This document shows positions 39,432-52,830 of a stretch of 64,000 bases of DNA, one piece after another. Location: contig NC_058368.1 in assembly GCF_018350175.1 (NCBI RefSeq), positions 212,166,001 to 212,230,000 on the forward strand, written 5' to 3'. Origin of the DNA: Felis catus. Its lineage: Eukaryota. The notes under the pieces were generated by a model, which was not told the origin of the DNA, made no database searches, and saw nothing but the letters and a program-made list of their open reading frames with translations. Numbering within the stretch: the first letter of the stretch is position 1; the number at the start of each line of letters is the position of its first letter. The translations under genes and the position numbers were made by a program.

Positions 39432-39650
39432 TCTTTCTAACCCCCAAGCGTGGTCTGAGGACTCACAGCATTGGCATCACCTGGGAGCTGGGCAGACATG
39501 CAGAATCTGAGGTGGCCTCAGCTGGTGACCCCGTTCTATTTCACATGATCTCTCATCCTCCGGCTCCACCCCAGACCTAGTGACTCAGAATCTGCATTTA
39601 GCAAGGTCCCAGGTGATGCCTGTGGACACTAAAGTTTGAGAGGAACTGCT
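39432..39650. mobile_element. MER5A MITE carrying a ~50-bp foreign insert
   Basis: cagcattggcatcacctgggagct...atgcagaatct [insert] ccaccccagacct...cagaatctgcattt...aaagtttgagaggaactg. Confidence 0.85.
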
Positions 39651-39970
39651 CTAGCAGACAGTGTATGGCAGAAAGCCCCAGGCTTTACTTCCTTGTCAAG
39701 CCAGCTCTCCAAGCCTCTCGGGTTTTTTTCTACACTGTCACAATACCAGTGTAACCACAGGTTTGTCTGGGAGAGGAAGTGAGATAATGTCATTGCGGTG
39801 TTAGGCAGATGTATGGATCTGACATCCCCTATGAACGGCAGCATTGGTATGAAATGTGGCGGGCAGTTTGCCTACAGCCCCCAGACATTCATGCCAGGAT
39901 AATTTTTAAAGAGAAGCAAATTTCCACTTTCGTTGGTTTGCTAATCCACTTGCTAATCCACCTGCTAATC

Positions 39971-40142
39971 CAGGATTCTCATCACTGGCTATTTATTAGA
40001 ATCACTTGGGACATTTCTTTTTACTCCAATGCCTAGACCCTACCCAGGGAAATTCAGATTAATTTGCCTAGGGCGGGACCCCAGCAATGATATTTTTTAA
40101 AAAGCTCTGTGAATTTAGGTGAGCATCCAAGGTGGAGAACTG
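39971..40142. mobile_element. MER5-family MITE ~80 bp upstream of a coding exon
   Basis: caggattctca...ttagaatcacttggga...ccaaggtggagaac. Confidence 0.6.
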
Positions 40143-40218
40143 GACTTCAGAGTGTTGTGAGATACATCTGAGAAAGTGGCCCTCAGCTTCTGTCTTCTCT
40201 GTCCCCCTCCCCACACAG

Positions 40219-40371
40219 TGCTCCACCACCTGTGGTCTGGGGGCCTACTGGAGAAGCGTGGAATGCAGCACCCAGAGGGATTCCGACTGTGCTGCCCTTC
40301 AGAGGCCTGACCCTGCCAAGAGATGCCACCTTCGTCCCTGCGCCAGCTGGAAAGTGGGGAACTGGAGCAAG
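40219..40371 (+). CDS. ADAMTS12: ADAMTS12 coding exon, TSR5/6 (approx. exon 20), phase 0 to 0
   Basis: cccacacag|TGC ... AAG|gtaatt; 153 bp. [51 protein letters not shown]. Confidence 0.96.
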
Positions 40372-41341
40372 GTAATTGATCTGGCTCTGCGGTGTTCTGG
40401 AGGGGGACAGCCTTATCTAAGCATTTGCTGAAGTAAGTGTCTCTCCTCCCTTCCTCTCTTGCTACCTGCCTCTGCCCTCTTTGCTAAAATGGATGAGTAA
40501 TCAAAGACATCCCCATAGGCCTACTCGAAGTTACACAATAGTCTTAGAACCAGTACAGAGTTTTTATTAAACCACATGTTTTTAGCTGCCTGTCTTTGCT
40601 CTCCCCAGGTAAACTGGCATAAAAAGTTAAATTTGTGTAATTAATTGCTTGTCCAGCATGCAACATTATTTCTGAGTTACTTAAATTTACCATTATAATT
40701 ACAATGATACATCATCACATGTATAATTAAGTCATGACGCAGCAGCTGCTCACAAAGCAAATGTGCTTTTCAGTCTTCCAGACCCAAATGACAAGAAGGC
40801 TAGACACAAGGAAAACATTGGTCTCTCAAAGTGTACTTCCTGTACTATCTTTTTGCAAGGTGGTTTTGCTGTCCTCTGCTAATCTGGCTACGGTTACTCA
40901 TTTTGCTGTGTTGTCTGCATGGTCCCTTGTGAGACACTGTATCAGGTTTTTGGATTTGTTAGCCTTGGTGCTTTTGGGCACTAACCAGGCCTAGCCTAGC
41001 CTGGGGCTGAGCCAGCCCCTGGGGGATAGACCCAGGCTATATGACACTGTACAGTTGTGGGGTTGATAGCTGATTGGCAGGAGGAGGTGCAGAAGTGTAA
41101 GCCGTGTGTGTACCTTCTGTTTGCCAAGCACACCACCCCACTATGATGCTCTTTAGGCCCCATCTTCACTCTGGGGAGCCAGTTTCCCTTGACAGCTGAG
41201 ACACAGAAGGGAAAAGAAAAACTACCCAGAAGTTTGGGTATGAGTTTCACTGTGTAACTTGAAATCAATCACAAGAAAAAATTTGGAAAGTCCTAAAATA
41301 CATGGAGGTTAAAGAACACCCTACTAAAGAATGAATGGATT

Positions 41342-41454
41342 GGGGTACCTGGGTGTCTCAGTCAGCTAAGCGCCCAACTCTTGGTTTCAGCTCAGGTCAT
41401 GATCTCGCAATTTCATGAGTTTGAGACCCGCTGTCAGCACAGAGCTTGCTTGGG

Positions 41455-41500
<46 letters not shown>

Positions 41501-41579
41501 TCCCTCCCTCCCTCTCCCTCTCTCTCTGCCGCTCCCCTGCTCATGCCAACTCTCTCAAAATAAATAAACTTAAAAAAAA
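41342..41579 (+). mobile_element. CanSINE nested in L1
   Basis: TSD aaagaatgaatggatt. Confidence 0.9.
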
Positions 41580-42267
41580 AAAGAATGAATGGATTAACCA
41601 GGAAATTAAAGAAGAAATTTAAAAATACATGAAAGCAAATGAAAATGAAAACATGACAGTATCCCTGTGGGATTCAGCAAAAGCAGTCCTAAGAGGAAAA
41701 TGCATTGCAATGCAGGCCCATCTCAAGAGGTAAGAAAGGTCCCAAATACACAACCTAATCTTACACCTAAAGTAGTGATAAAAGGAGAAGCAAATAAAGC
41801 CCAAAGCCAGCAGAAGAAGAGAAATAATAAAGAGTAGAGCAGAAAAAAAGAATATGGAAACAAACGAACACACAAAAACAGCAGAAGAAATCAATGAAAT
41901 TAAAAGCTGCTTTTTGAAAGAATAAACAAAATTGATAAACCCCTAGCTAGATTTAACAAAAAGAAAAAAGAGAGGACCCAAATAGATAAAATCACAAATG
42001 AAAGAGGAAAGATCACAACCAACACCACAGAAATGCAAGCAATTATTAGAGAATACTATGAAAAATTATATGCCAACAAACTGGACAACCTGGAAGAAAT
42101 GGACAAATTCCTAGACACTCACACACTACCAAAACTCAAACAGAAAGAAATAGAAATTTTGAGCAGGCCCATAAACAGCAAAGATATTGAGTCAGTTATC
42201 AAAAATCTCCCAGCAAATAAAAGTCCTGGGCCAGATGGCTTCCCATGGGAATTCTACCAGACATTTA

Positions 42268-42489
42268 TTTTTTTTTTAATTTTTTTAGCATTTATTCATT
42301 TTTGAGACAGAGAGAGACAGAGCATGAATGGGGGAAGGTCAGAGAGAGAGGGAGACACAGAATCTGAAACAGGCTCCAGGCTCTGAGCTGTCAGCACAGA
42401 GCCCGATGCGGGGCTCGAACTCACAGACCGCGAGATCATGACCTGAGCTGAAGTTGGACGCCCAACCGACTGAACCACCCAGGCGCCCC
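42268..42489 (-). mobile_element. CanSINE nested in L1 ORF2
   Basis: TSD agacattta; L1 resumes colinearly. Confidence 0.92.
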
Positions 42490-45400
42490 TAGACATTTAA
42501 AGAAGAGTTAATACCTGTTCTTCTCAAACTGTTCCAAAAAAAATTGAAATGATAGGAAAGCTCCCAATCTCATTCTATGGAGTCAGCATTCTAAAACCAG
42601 ACAAAGACCCCACTAAAAAGGAGAATCACAGGCCAACATCCCTGATGAAACTGGATGCAAAAATTCTCAACAAGATGCTAGCAAATCAAATTCAACAGTG
42701 CATTAAAAGAATTGTTCGCCATAATCAAGTGGAATTTATTCCTGGGCTTCAGGTCTTGTTCAATATTCACAAATCAATCAATGTGATATACCACATTAAA
42801 AAAAGAAAAGATAAGAATCATATGATCCTTTCAGTAGATGCAGAAAAAGCATTTGACAAAAATACAGTGTGCTTTCTTGATAAAAACCCTCAAGAAAATA
42901 GTAGGGATACACAGAACATACCTCAACATCATAAAAGCATATAGGAAAGGCCCACAGCTAATATCATCCTCAGTAAGGAAAAACTGAGAGCTTTCCCCCC
43001 AAGGTCAGGAACACAACATGGATGTCCACTCTCACCACTGTTGTCCAACATAGTACTGGAAGTCCTAGCCTCAGCATTTCGACAACAAAAAGAAATAAAA
43101 AACATCCAAATTGACAAGTCAAACTTTCACTCTTCATAGGTGACATGATACTTTATATGGAAAACCCAAAAGACTCGACCAAAAAACTTCTAGAACTGAT
43201 ACATGAATTCAGCAAAGTCATAGGATATAAAATCGATGTACATAAATTGGTTGCATTTCTATACACCAGTAATGAAGCAACAGAAAGAGAAATCCAGGAA
43301 TCGATCCCATTTACAATTGCACCAGAACCATAAGATACCTAGGAATAAAGCTAACCAAAGAGGTAAAAGATCTGTATGCTGAGAACTATAGAAAGCTTAT
43401 GAAAGAATTTGAAGAAGACACAAAGAAATGGAAAAACATTCCATGCTTATGAATTGGAAGAACAAATATTGTTAAAATGTCAATACTACCCAAAGCAATC
43501 TACACATTCAATGCAATCCTTATCAAAATAACACCACATTCTTCACAGAGCTGGAACAAACAATCCCTAAAATTTGCATGGAACCAGTAAAGACCCCGAA
43601 TAGCCAAAGCGATGTTGAAAAAGAGAAACAGATCTGGAGGCATCACAAATCCAGACTTTAATCTGTATTACAAAGCTGTAATCATCAAGACAATATGGTA
43701 CTGGCACAAAAACAGACACATAGATCAAAGGAGCAGAAAAGAGAATCCAGAAATGGACCCACCAATGTATGTCCTACCAATTTTCAACAAAACAAGAAAG
43801 ACTATCCAATGGAAAAAAGACAGTCTCTCTAGCAAGTGGTGCTTGGAAAACTGGACAGCGACATGCAGAAGAATGAAACTGGACCACTTTCTTACACCAT
43901 ACACAAAAATAAATTCAAAATGGATGAAAGACCTAAATGTGAGACAGGAAACCATCAAAATCCTACAAGAGAAAACAGGCAACAACTTCTTAGACCTTGG
44001 CTGCAGCAACTTCTTACTAGACATGTCTCCAGAGGCAAGGAAAATAAAACAAAAATGAACTAGTGGGACTTCATCAAGAGAAAAATCTCCTGCACAGCAA
44101 AGGAAACAATCAGCAAAACTAACAGGCAACAGTTGGAAAGGGAGAAGATATTTGCAAATGACATATCTGATAAAGGCTTAGTATCTAAAATCTTTAAAGA
44201 ACTTATCAAATTCAACACCCAAAAACCAAACAATCAAGTAAAGAAATATGACAGAAGACATGAATAGGAATAGACACTTCTCCAAAGAAGACATCCAGGT
44301 GGCTAACAGACACATGAAAAGATGCTCAACATTACTCAGAATCAGGGAAATACAAATCAAAACCACAATGAGATACCACCTCACACCTGTCAGAATGGCT
44401 ACCATTAACAACTCAGGCAAAAACAGATGTTGGCAAGGATGCAGAGAAAGAGGAACCTCTTACACTGCTGGTGGGAATGCAAACTGATGCAGCCACTCTA
44501 GAAAACAGTATAAAGTTTCCTCAAAAAATTAAAAATAGAACTACCCTACAACCCAGCAATTGCACTGTTAGGTATTTATCCAAAGGATATAAAAAGCCTT
44601 GTTCTAAGTGGTACATGCATCCCAATGTTTACAGCAGCACTATCAACAATAGCCAAATTATGGAATAAGCCCAAATGTTCATCAACTGATGAATGGATAA
44701 AGAAGATGTGGTGCACACACACACACACACACACACACAGGAATACTATTCGTCCATCAAAAAGAATAAAATCTGCCATTTGTAACAGTGTAGATGGACC
44801 TAGAGTGTATTATGCTAAGTGAAATAAGTCAGGCAGAGAAAGACAAATATACATTTCACTCGTGTGGAATTTAAGAAACACAACCGATGAACATAGGGGA
44901 AGGGAAGGAAAAATAAGAAAAACAGGGTGAGGCAAACCATAAGAGACTCTTAAATACAGAGGACAATCTGAGGGTTGCTGGAGGGGAAGTAGGTGGGGGG
45001 GATGGGCTAAATGGGTGATGGGCATTAAGGAGGGCACTTGGGATGAGCACTGGATGTTCTATGGAAGTGATGAATCACTGGGTTCTACTCCTGAAACCAG
45101 TACTACACTGTATATTAGCTAACTTGAATTTAAATAACTAGATTAATAATAAAAAAATAAATAAAACCTGGAGTAGGAAAGTAGGCCCTTTGTTTTGCCT
45201 TTAAATATCCAGAGCGTTTAGATTCTGCTATATTGATGGTTTGCCTTTTCACAGATCCTTTCTCAGAGGGAAGAATTCTAATTTTATCTTGAAATTCTGC
45301 ATTATCCCCCCAATCCCCACCTCCAATCCAGAGACATTTCAAATCTCAAAGGGCTTCAGGTCTGCTGCAGCCTGCTCTGAGCCTACAGGTATCACACCTG

Positions 45401-45933
45401 ATGCCTCGGGGTTACTCACCAACAATCCCCTACCTTTGTGATGGCTGTCTGACCTGTGGTTGTTTTACTGCACCGTGTGGCTCCTTGAAGCAGCCTGAAA
45501 CCACTGCTGTGGACATGTCCCCATGTGTGTGACAGTAGAATAAGACTATACGTTCAGACTCTCCCTCTACCATGTCTAGAAGTAGCCTTTCAGAATGGTG
45601 TGCTTCCGCTTCATGTAGTGATCTGCCTGAAGCAAATTCAAGCTTGTGGTCCTCAGGTCTGTCCCAGAGGCATCCTTGGGAAGACAGTTCTGTAGAACTG
45701 AATCCTAGAAGCAGGGCTGGGCAGTGGATCAGACACATCTGGATTGGCAACCCTGCTCTGGCGTGATGAGCATATGACACTGATGACTCTGGCCATTCAC
45801 CCTCGGGACGTTCTTTCTCTCATCTCTGAGAAATAACATGGATGATATTGCCTCTACTTACCTCATAGAGTTGTTGCAAGGATCAAAAAAAGAGAATGTT
45901 AGTGAAACAGCTTTGTAAATGGTAAAAGACTGG

Positions 45934-46165
45934 TTTATTTTATTTTTTTATTCTTTTTAATGTTTATTTTTATTGTTGAGAGAGAGAGAGGGACAGAGTG
46001 TGAGCTGGGGGAGGGGCAGAGAGAGAGGGAAATAGAATCTGAAGCAGGCTCCAGGCTCTGAGCTGTCAGCACAGAGCCTGATGTGGGCCTCGAAGCCATG
46101 AACTGCAAGATCATGACCTGAGCCAAAGTCGGACCCTCAACCAACTGAGCCACCCAGGTGCCCCC
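45934..46165 (-). mobile_element. CanSINE
   Basis: TSD taaaagactg. Confidence 0.9.
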
Positions 46166-49100
46166 TTAAAAGACTGTTTAGATGAAACCCTGGGCAGACT
46201 CTGAGCTCAAGATAAAAGTTAGGACTGGTTCTTAGGTGCTTACTAACCTCTGGCTTCCTGGACTTGGGGTGCAAGGCCTGTGGACAGGTGACAGTGGAGA
46301 AAGTTCTGTCAACAGAATGACTGGCTCGAGCAGGTGTCCACTCCTTAGTACTAAGCGGGCAAGGTGCTTGGTGTCCATGAACTTTGAAGAACTTGACCTA
46401 CCTTGGGCACTAACACTCGCCAAATACTACTATGTGCCTGACATTACACAAAAGCATTAGATAATCAGTTCCATTTTCATCCAGCACAGGACCTTCTTTA
46501 TAATTCCCACTGAGGCAACAAAAGCTCAGAGTGCTTAAATCACTAACGTTTGATCACACAGCTGTTACCAAATGCTCCCAGTTTTAAGAAACATCCACTG
46601 GGGGATGCATCAATTTTATGACAGCTTTTCATAAAGAAAGAGAACACTACACAATAAATATGTACGTCAGTTGTAAGAAACTTGCCAATTTCAGAGCATT
46701 AAAATTTGTATGAGGAAAAAAAGTGTGCGATGCAAGAAATGCAGAAGTGACAAAAGGGGCTTGAAAAACCTTCAGGTGCATTTGACACCTAGAGCGATGC
46801 ATCATCCACAGCTCCATTCACCGCCCAATGGAACATCTTGATGGTTGCACCTTCTGAAGTTTTGTAAACTGGTGATTTGACATCCCTTTTATTTGCTTTC
46901 TGAGAACAAGCACTTCCCTTTTCACGGTTAAGTCTAATAGATATTATTTCTGAAATGAATCAGAAACAGTTTTACATTTTTCTTGGAATGTTCTGTCTTC
47001 CCACCTAGGGAGCGTTGCAATTTTATTTTAGCAGTAGTTGACTTGCTGGAAAATAAGAGAAAGTGTCAGCCTTTCTTTATGGTCTTGTGTTTCATGTATA
47101 TTGCTAGTCTTTTTGTCTTATTCTACTTCTTGCCTTTGTGTTTATTAGATTTTATAGATTGTCCATGACGGTTCTACATTTTTTTTTACATCTGAACTTT
47201 TAGAAATGAATTTAATAGGGGAAGAGCTCCTTTTTTTGCTAAATACAGACCATCCCCAACTTTGATATATAAAATATTCCCAGTAACATATATTAAACTC
47301 CGATATGCAAACGTGAAAACATGGAATTGCATGTTTTAAGGGATTTTTTGTCCCCAGAAAGCAAAAGTTGAGTAGCAGGAAGGTCATCATATACTGAAAA
47401 TCACTGCATTTATTTTATTCTTGGTATAATATGTTATATGTCTGAACTGTCACCTTCTCTTGACATCCCGGAATATTTTAGATTAAGGGTTCCCCTAAAA
47501 AGAAAATAAAGGAATGGTAAAGAAATAGAAGCATTTAGGACCACCGAAAACACGAACCCAAGACCACTCTAGTTGAGGATTGATGTCCAGACCACAAGGC
47601 TCTCCATGATGGCCCCTGCCCGTCTCTCTCTCTCTGTCCACTCCCACTCTTTACCCTAGCATTCTGATTAATGCACTTTTCCCAAACAAGCTTCGTTGTT
47701 TCATAGCACTGTGCCTCCATACATGCCTTTCTTTCCACCTTGAATGCCCCCCACCCTATTTTGCTGGCTGAGCGAGCATCTACATATCCTATATGCTTCA
47801 GCTCAAAACTTGGCTCCTTTATTTAGTCCTTTCCTGACCTCCTTAGGTGAAACTGACCATATCCTCCACTGTGCCCTCACTAGATCATGAACAACTTATG
47901 AGGTAATCTTTATATATAAATATAATCATTATTCCTTCTACTCATTTATGTAACTCTTCCCACCTGCTAGAAATACAGAGCCTGAAACATAGATGTGCCC
48001 AATAACTGGGAGGAAGAAAAGTTGGGGTGAGAGGGGGGAAAGAGATAGAAGGATGAATTTTCATGCTGTTCAACTTAGAATTTTTGGAATGAATTATTTA
48101 ATCTTAAGGGTCTTGTGAATCTGTTCATCATACGTAAAGGAACAGGAGAAAAAATTGTATCCAAATTTAGTATTTGGTTCAACTTGGAAAGCAAGAAAGT
48201 ATTCTGAAATCAAAACAGAATACAAATGCAGCGATCCCGTACACGTATACCCCTCTAGAATGTTGGGATAGTTTAATCATCTAGTTTATTTTCCTTTCCA
48301 TACTGATGGAGAAACAGAGGCTGAGAGAAGAGAAGTGATTAATCCATGTGAACTCAGGTGGCTATTTGCTCTCGGGGTCACACCCGAGTGCAACCTACTG
48401 CTCTCCCAATGCTATGCTCACTAATTCCTCTATACTCGACTGAGCACTCTGTATGAGTCCAACATGTAAAGGGTATCAGGATGACTACACAAATCAAAAA
48501 CACCACAAGGGAGAATCACAGAATTGTGCTTTCATTTCATATCTCTGCCAGTGGCTCTTATAAGCTAAGGGTATTTTTCACTCTATCTGGTCTGCAGATC
48601 ACACTAGTTAAATTGATGCCATAACTAGAGAACAGTCAGGCCTGTTTGGTCACAATAAGGTGTTGGCCAGGCTTTCTGTTCTCATTAGTCTGACTCCAGT
48701 CCTCAGTCTAGCCCACAGGTTCCAGGTGAGGAAACATTAATACAAATTACCCTCCTCTAAGGCTGTAAAAAATTAATATAATAATTGGCATTCAGCATAT
48801 AAGGCAAAACAGCATTAGAAGTGGAGTGATTTAATATCCTGCCACTTCTCTCTTGCTAACTGAATCAGAGGCTGTTTTGAAAATGGAACCGAAAAGTCAG
48901 AGATTTAGTGAGTGTCTTCCCTTATTATTTACTTCAGCATATTAATAAAGTTTATTTCCCATTGAATGTGAATACTCTAACAAAAGGGGTAATGCTAGCT
49001 TGAAAATTAAATTAGGAATAATAGATTGCAGCAACAAATGAAAAATAGGAAAGTAAAATCCAATTTTATAATTAATGTCTTATAAAACTCCCTTGTCCTA

Positions 49101-49756
49101 ATAAAGAATCCTGTTACTTCACCATGTGCTATTTCCCAGAAATCTGTTTTGTCAGACAAATGACCTCTTTGTGTGGAAATTATTAGCAGGCTCCCTCATT
49201 TGCTCTGTGGCTGATTTCAAATTGACAGTTATTTTTTCCTTTGTGTACTCACTACATGGCAGGAAAGTGAGGTTATTGGCTTGTTTTTCTTTGGGGAGGG
49301 GTGCTGTCTGGCAAGCATTGTTTATCTCTAAGAAGTTGGACACTCAATTTATGGTGGCATTAGAGCCTCAGTCTGTCCCTTGTCGCATGGGCCAGCATCT
49401 TTCCTTGTTACAGCCCAAGGTTCGAAGTCAGGTGACTTAGCACAATCTGCAGGTGGCGGAAGAAGGGGGAACTGTCTTTGGGGTGTACCTCTACTGAAAG
49501 TTTGAGGAATTTTCTTTCACAATCCCAAACCCTGTAGTTATGACTATTCCACCATGGTCAGAAAGAGCACCATTTTTCACTGTGTAGAGAGGGGCCAGAT
49601 ACCTTACAGCAATGCACACACTTTCTTGCTGGTGCATTTTCTCAGCCAAGTTTAGCCAAGCTAATGAGATACTAGATGGGAGGATGGGGAGATTAAAGGT
49701 GCTCTTCATCGCTGCAGTGACCAGGGTCTCCTTAGCCCACTTGGAAACCCCCTCGG

Positions 49757-50090
49757 AATTCATATATGCACTCAACAAATCTGTACGGACCCTCTGTGCC
49801 TGACACCATGCTAGATGCTTGGGACACAGTGGGAACCAGGGCAGATAGGGGTCTGATTTCATGGCAGTGAGAGTGTAAGAGAAGGGACACACAGAATGAA
49901 TAAAAATTGTTCCACATTTCAAGTTCTTGTGATAGTAATGGACAAGGAGCTGAGAGAAATTACAAGAAAGAGAGCCTCCTTCGGATAAAGGCATTCCAGG
50001 AGGGCCTCTCTGAGGAGATGACATCTAAGCTGAGGTCTAAAAGAAGAGCAGTAGCGCATAATGTAAAGAGTAGAGGGAGGAACATTCAAG
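49757..50090 (-). mobile_element. L2 3' relic
   Basis: cactcaacaaat...tgtgcctgacaccatgctagatgcttgggacacag...ggagggcctctctgaggagatgacatctaagctgag. Confidence 0.7.
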
Positions 50091-51290
50091 ACATAAAGAC
50101 CACGGGGATGTACTGTTAACCCACAGAGAGGCTGGAGGCAAAAGGCTGAGGAGCACAGGGGTCTGTTCCCCTCCTTCCTACCTCCAGTCCCTACCTGACA
50201 GTGGAGGGTGACAAGACAGGCCAGGCAAGGACAGGATCAGGAGAGACTAGGAGATGGGGGCAAGATGAACGGAAGGGATTCGGCTGACACTAGCATTCTA
50301 AAGAGATTGGAGACCAAGTCTTGGAAGCTCAAGTTATGATCAAGTAAAATCTAGGTGGAGGATGGAATAGCTTCCAAAATCCGAGAGGTCAGAGAGTAGG
50401 TCTACTTCAGAATCGGCTGTGCAAACCCTGGTTTGGGGGATGCTGGCGCATCAGTGTTGATCATGATTTTAAGGAGTCAGCACCCTGCAGTGACCTGAGA
50501 CTGAGCAGGATGCCGGGGCTGCTACACAAGGTGTGGGCATGGGGGAAGGGGGCAGTGAGGAGAGCCTTGTAATGGCTTTCAGGGGGCCTGTGCTGAGCAA
50601 ACTCTCAGTGATGAAGGCAGGTGATGTTAGCTACAGGAGGAAGGAGGGTGGTAGGGACAAACCCAGGGTTTGCTCGCTTCTGGGAGTCAAACCACTGAGT
50701 AGTTATTCCAGTTACTTCCCTCATGTCGGCCCTTCATCTGACAAAGCATAACCCATCTTGCCTTCAGAGTCGTGGAGAAAACAGGTTTTTAGCAGGATTC
50801 TGAGGGCGGATGGGTGTGGGTTGGCCGAGAGTTCCCCTTCACCCCGGATGAATGCACACCAGAGGGAATGGCCGCCTACTGGGGCACACACTGCACCAGC
50901 AGGCACCTAACCCCAGTGTCTGTGACCTTCACGACAGTGCTGTGAGATGACAGGTATTGTCCCAGTTTATCGATATGACACCTGAGGCTCGGAATTTTTC
51001 TGTGACTTGCCCAACATCTCACAATAAGTGAGTGACAGAACTGGACTCGCCACCTGGTTCTCACATTGCCATGCCTGTGTTTTTGGACACGGGGCATCTT
51101 TGGGAGCTGTTTGAATGATTCCTTCTAGAGGGCCTGTGAGGGAAACAGTACACTTGAGCTAGACTTAATCCTTCTTCATGGCCGGAACCCTGGAACTTCA
51201 CGGCTCTCTGAGAAACTCCCTGGGATACGGAGGATCCAAAGCCTGACACCAGGGACTCAAGTATCCCCTTTTCTCTCCCTCTCCATGCAG

Positions 51291-51467
51291 TGCTCCAGAA
51301 ACTGCAGCGGGGGCTTCCAGATCCGGGAGATTCAATGTGTGGACAGCCGGGACCACCGGAGCCTGAGGCCATTTCACTGCCAGTTCCTGGCCGGCATTCC
51401 TCCCCCGCTGAGCATGAGCTGTAACATGGAGCCCTGTGAGGAGTGGCAGGTGGAGCCCTGGAGCCAG
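51291..51467 (+). CDS. ADAMTS12: ADAMTS12 coding exon, TSR6/7 (approx. exon 21), phase 0 to 0
   Basis: ctccatgcag|TGC ... CAG|gtatgg; 177 bp. [59 protein letters not shown]. Confidence 0.96.
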
Positions 51468-52210
51468 GTATGGCCTCCAGAGATATCATCCACACAACCA
51501 GGAAAATGTGAATCCCTGTGTTACCATGTGAGACTAGAAGTCAGGGAAGACCACGCGTGCGTCGTGGCAATGACTGGCCTCCATTCAGTGGCCTAATGCT
51601 GTGTGGAGAAGGCTGAACAGGTCAACAACAACAACAGGTCAACAGGCCACAACAATTGGTGGTTTCAAACGTGATAATTCAGTGTTTTATTACAACTCAG
51701 TCTCCCAGTGGTCATACTGGGGAGTTGGGATTCATGTTGGGGAAATGTACATGGACCACTCTGATGAAAGTCATTTAGGGCAGAGCCTCACATGCCTCTC
51801 TCCTAGGCCTCTGCAATTGAACTGGGGGTATTGGTCGGGTCCTTCCCACACACAGTTTATTTTAGAGTTCCACTTCTCAGTTGAATGCCCAGATCATTGT
51901 TTACACAAATAAAAGGAAGTGTGCTTGTGCCTGTCTGCATGTCCTCTGTTTTGTGAGGGCCCAGGCTCTACTGGTTCTTTGTCCTACTTCATCACATGAA
52001 AACAAAGTGACTGTTCTTTGGTGAAGTATAATAATCTTATTCGCCAATATGCAAATACCTCAACAGCTAACAAAACAAAACAAAACAAACAAACAAAAAA
52101 CTCCCAACCATACCCATGCATGGTAGAAAGAAGAGAAAAAAAGGAACCCAGCATATTTTGAGTGTGTCTATGGGCTAAGCATTTTACCTACCATACTTTG
52201 TTTAATTTTC

Positions 52211-52830
52211 TTTTTTTTTTATATGAAATTTATTGTCAAATTGTTTTCTATACAACACCCAGTGCTTATCCCAACAGGTGCCCTTCTCAATGCCCATCAT
52301 CCACTTTCCCCTCCCTCTCACTCCCATCAATCCTCAGTTTGTTCTCATTTTTTAAGAGTCTCTTATGGTTTGGCTCCCTCCCTCTCTAACTTTTTTTTTT
52401 CCTTCCCCTCCTGCATGGTCTTCTGTTAAGTTTCTCAGGATCCACATAAGAGTGAAAACATATGATATCCGTCTTTCTCTGTATGACTTATTTCACTTAG
52501 CATAACACTCTCCAGTTCCATCCACGTTGCTACAAAAGGCCATATTTCATTCTTTCTCATTGCCACGTAGTATTCCATTGTGTAAATAAACCACAATTTC
52601 TTTATCCATTCATCAGTTGATGGACATTTAGGCTCTTTCCGTAATTTGGCTATTGTTGAAAGTGCTTCTATAAACATTGGGGTACAACTGCCCCTATGCG
52701 TCAGCACTCCTGTATCCCTTGGGTAAATTCCTAGCAGTGCTATTGTTGGATCATAGGGTAGATCTATTTTTAATTTTTTGAGGAACCTCCACACTGTTTT
52801 CCAGAGTGGCTACTCCAGTTTGCATTCCCA
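52211..52830 (-). mobile_element. Young felid L1, 5'-truncated, inserted in a MIR
   Basis: ORF 52435-52794(-) encodes the ORF2p C-terminus; 18-bp TSD atactttgtttaattttc / atacttggtttaattttc at 52193 and 52831. Confidence 0.95.

Larger units (their letters stand above)
41256..45166 (+). mobile_element. 5'-truncated, inactive carnivore L1 (~3.4 kb L1 sequence): ORF2 from the end of the endonuclease through RT and C-terminus, plus 3' UTR
   Basis: Broken ORF2 pieces in the ORF track ([72 protein letters not shown]). Many stops and frameshifts; A-rich tail. Confidence 0.95.

Noticed and set aside
4290..39590. Scattered AP-1 motifs (TGAGTCA/TGACTCA at about 4292, 8414, 28370, 30823, 34730, 39582) as an enhancer signature
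   Set aside because: About 8 are expected by chance in 64 kb and they are not clustered; cannot be supported without chromatin or conservation data.
41256..45166. Reverse-transcriptase-like ORFs as an active or domesticated gene
   Set aside because: 5'-truncated L1 with many stops, frameshifts and two SINE insertions.
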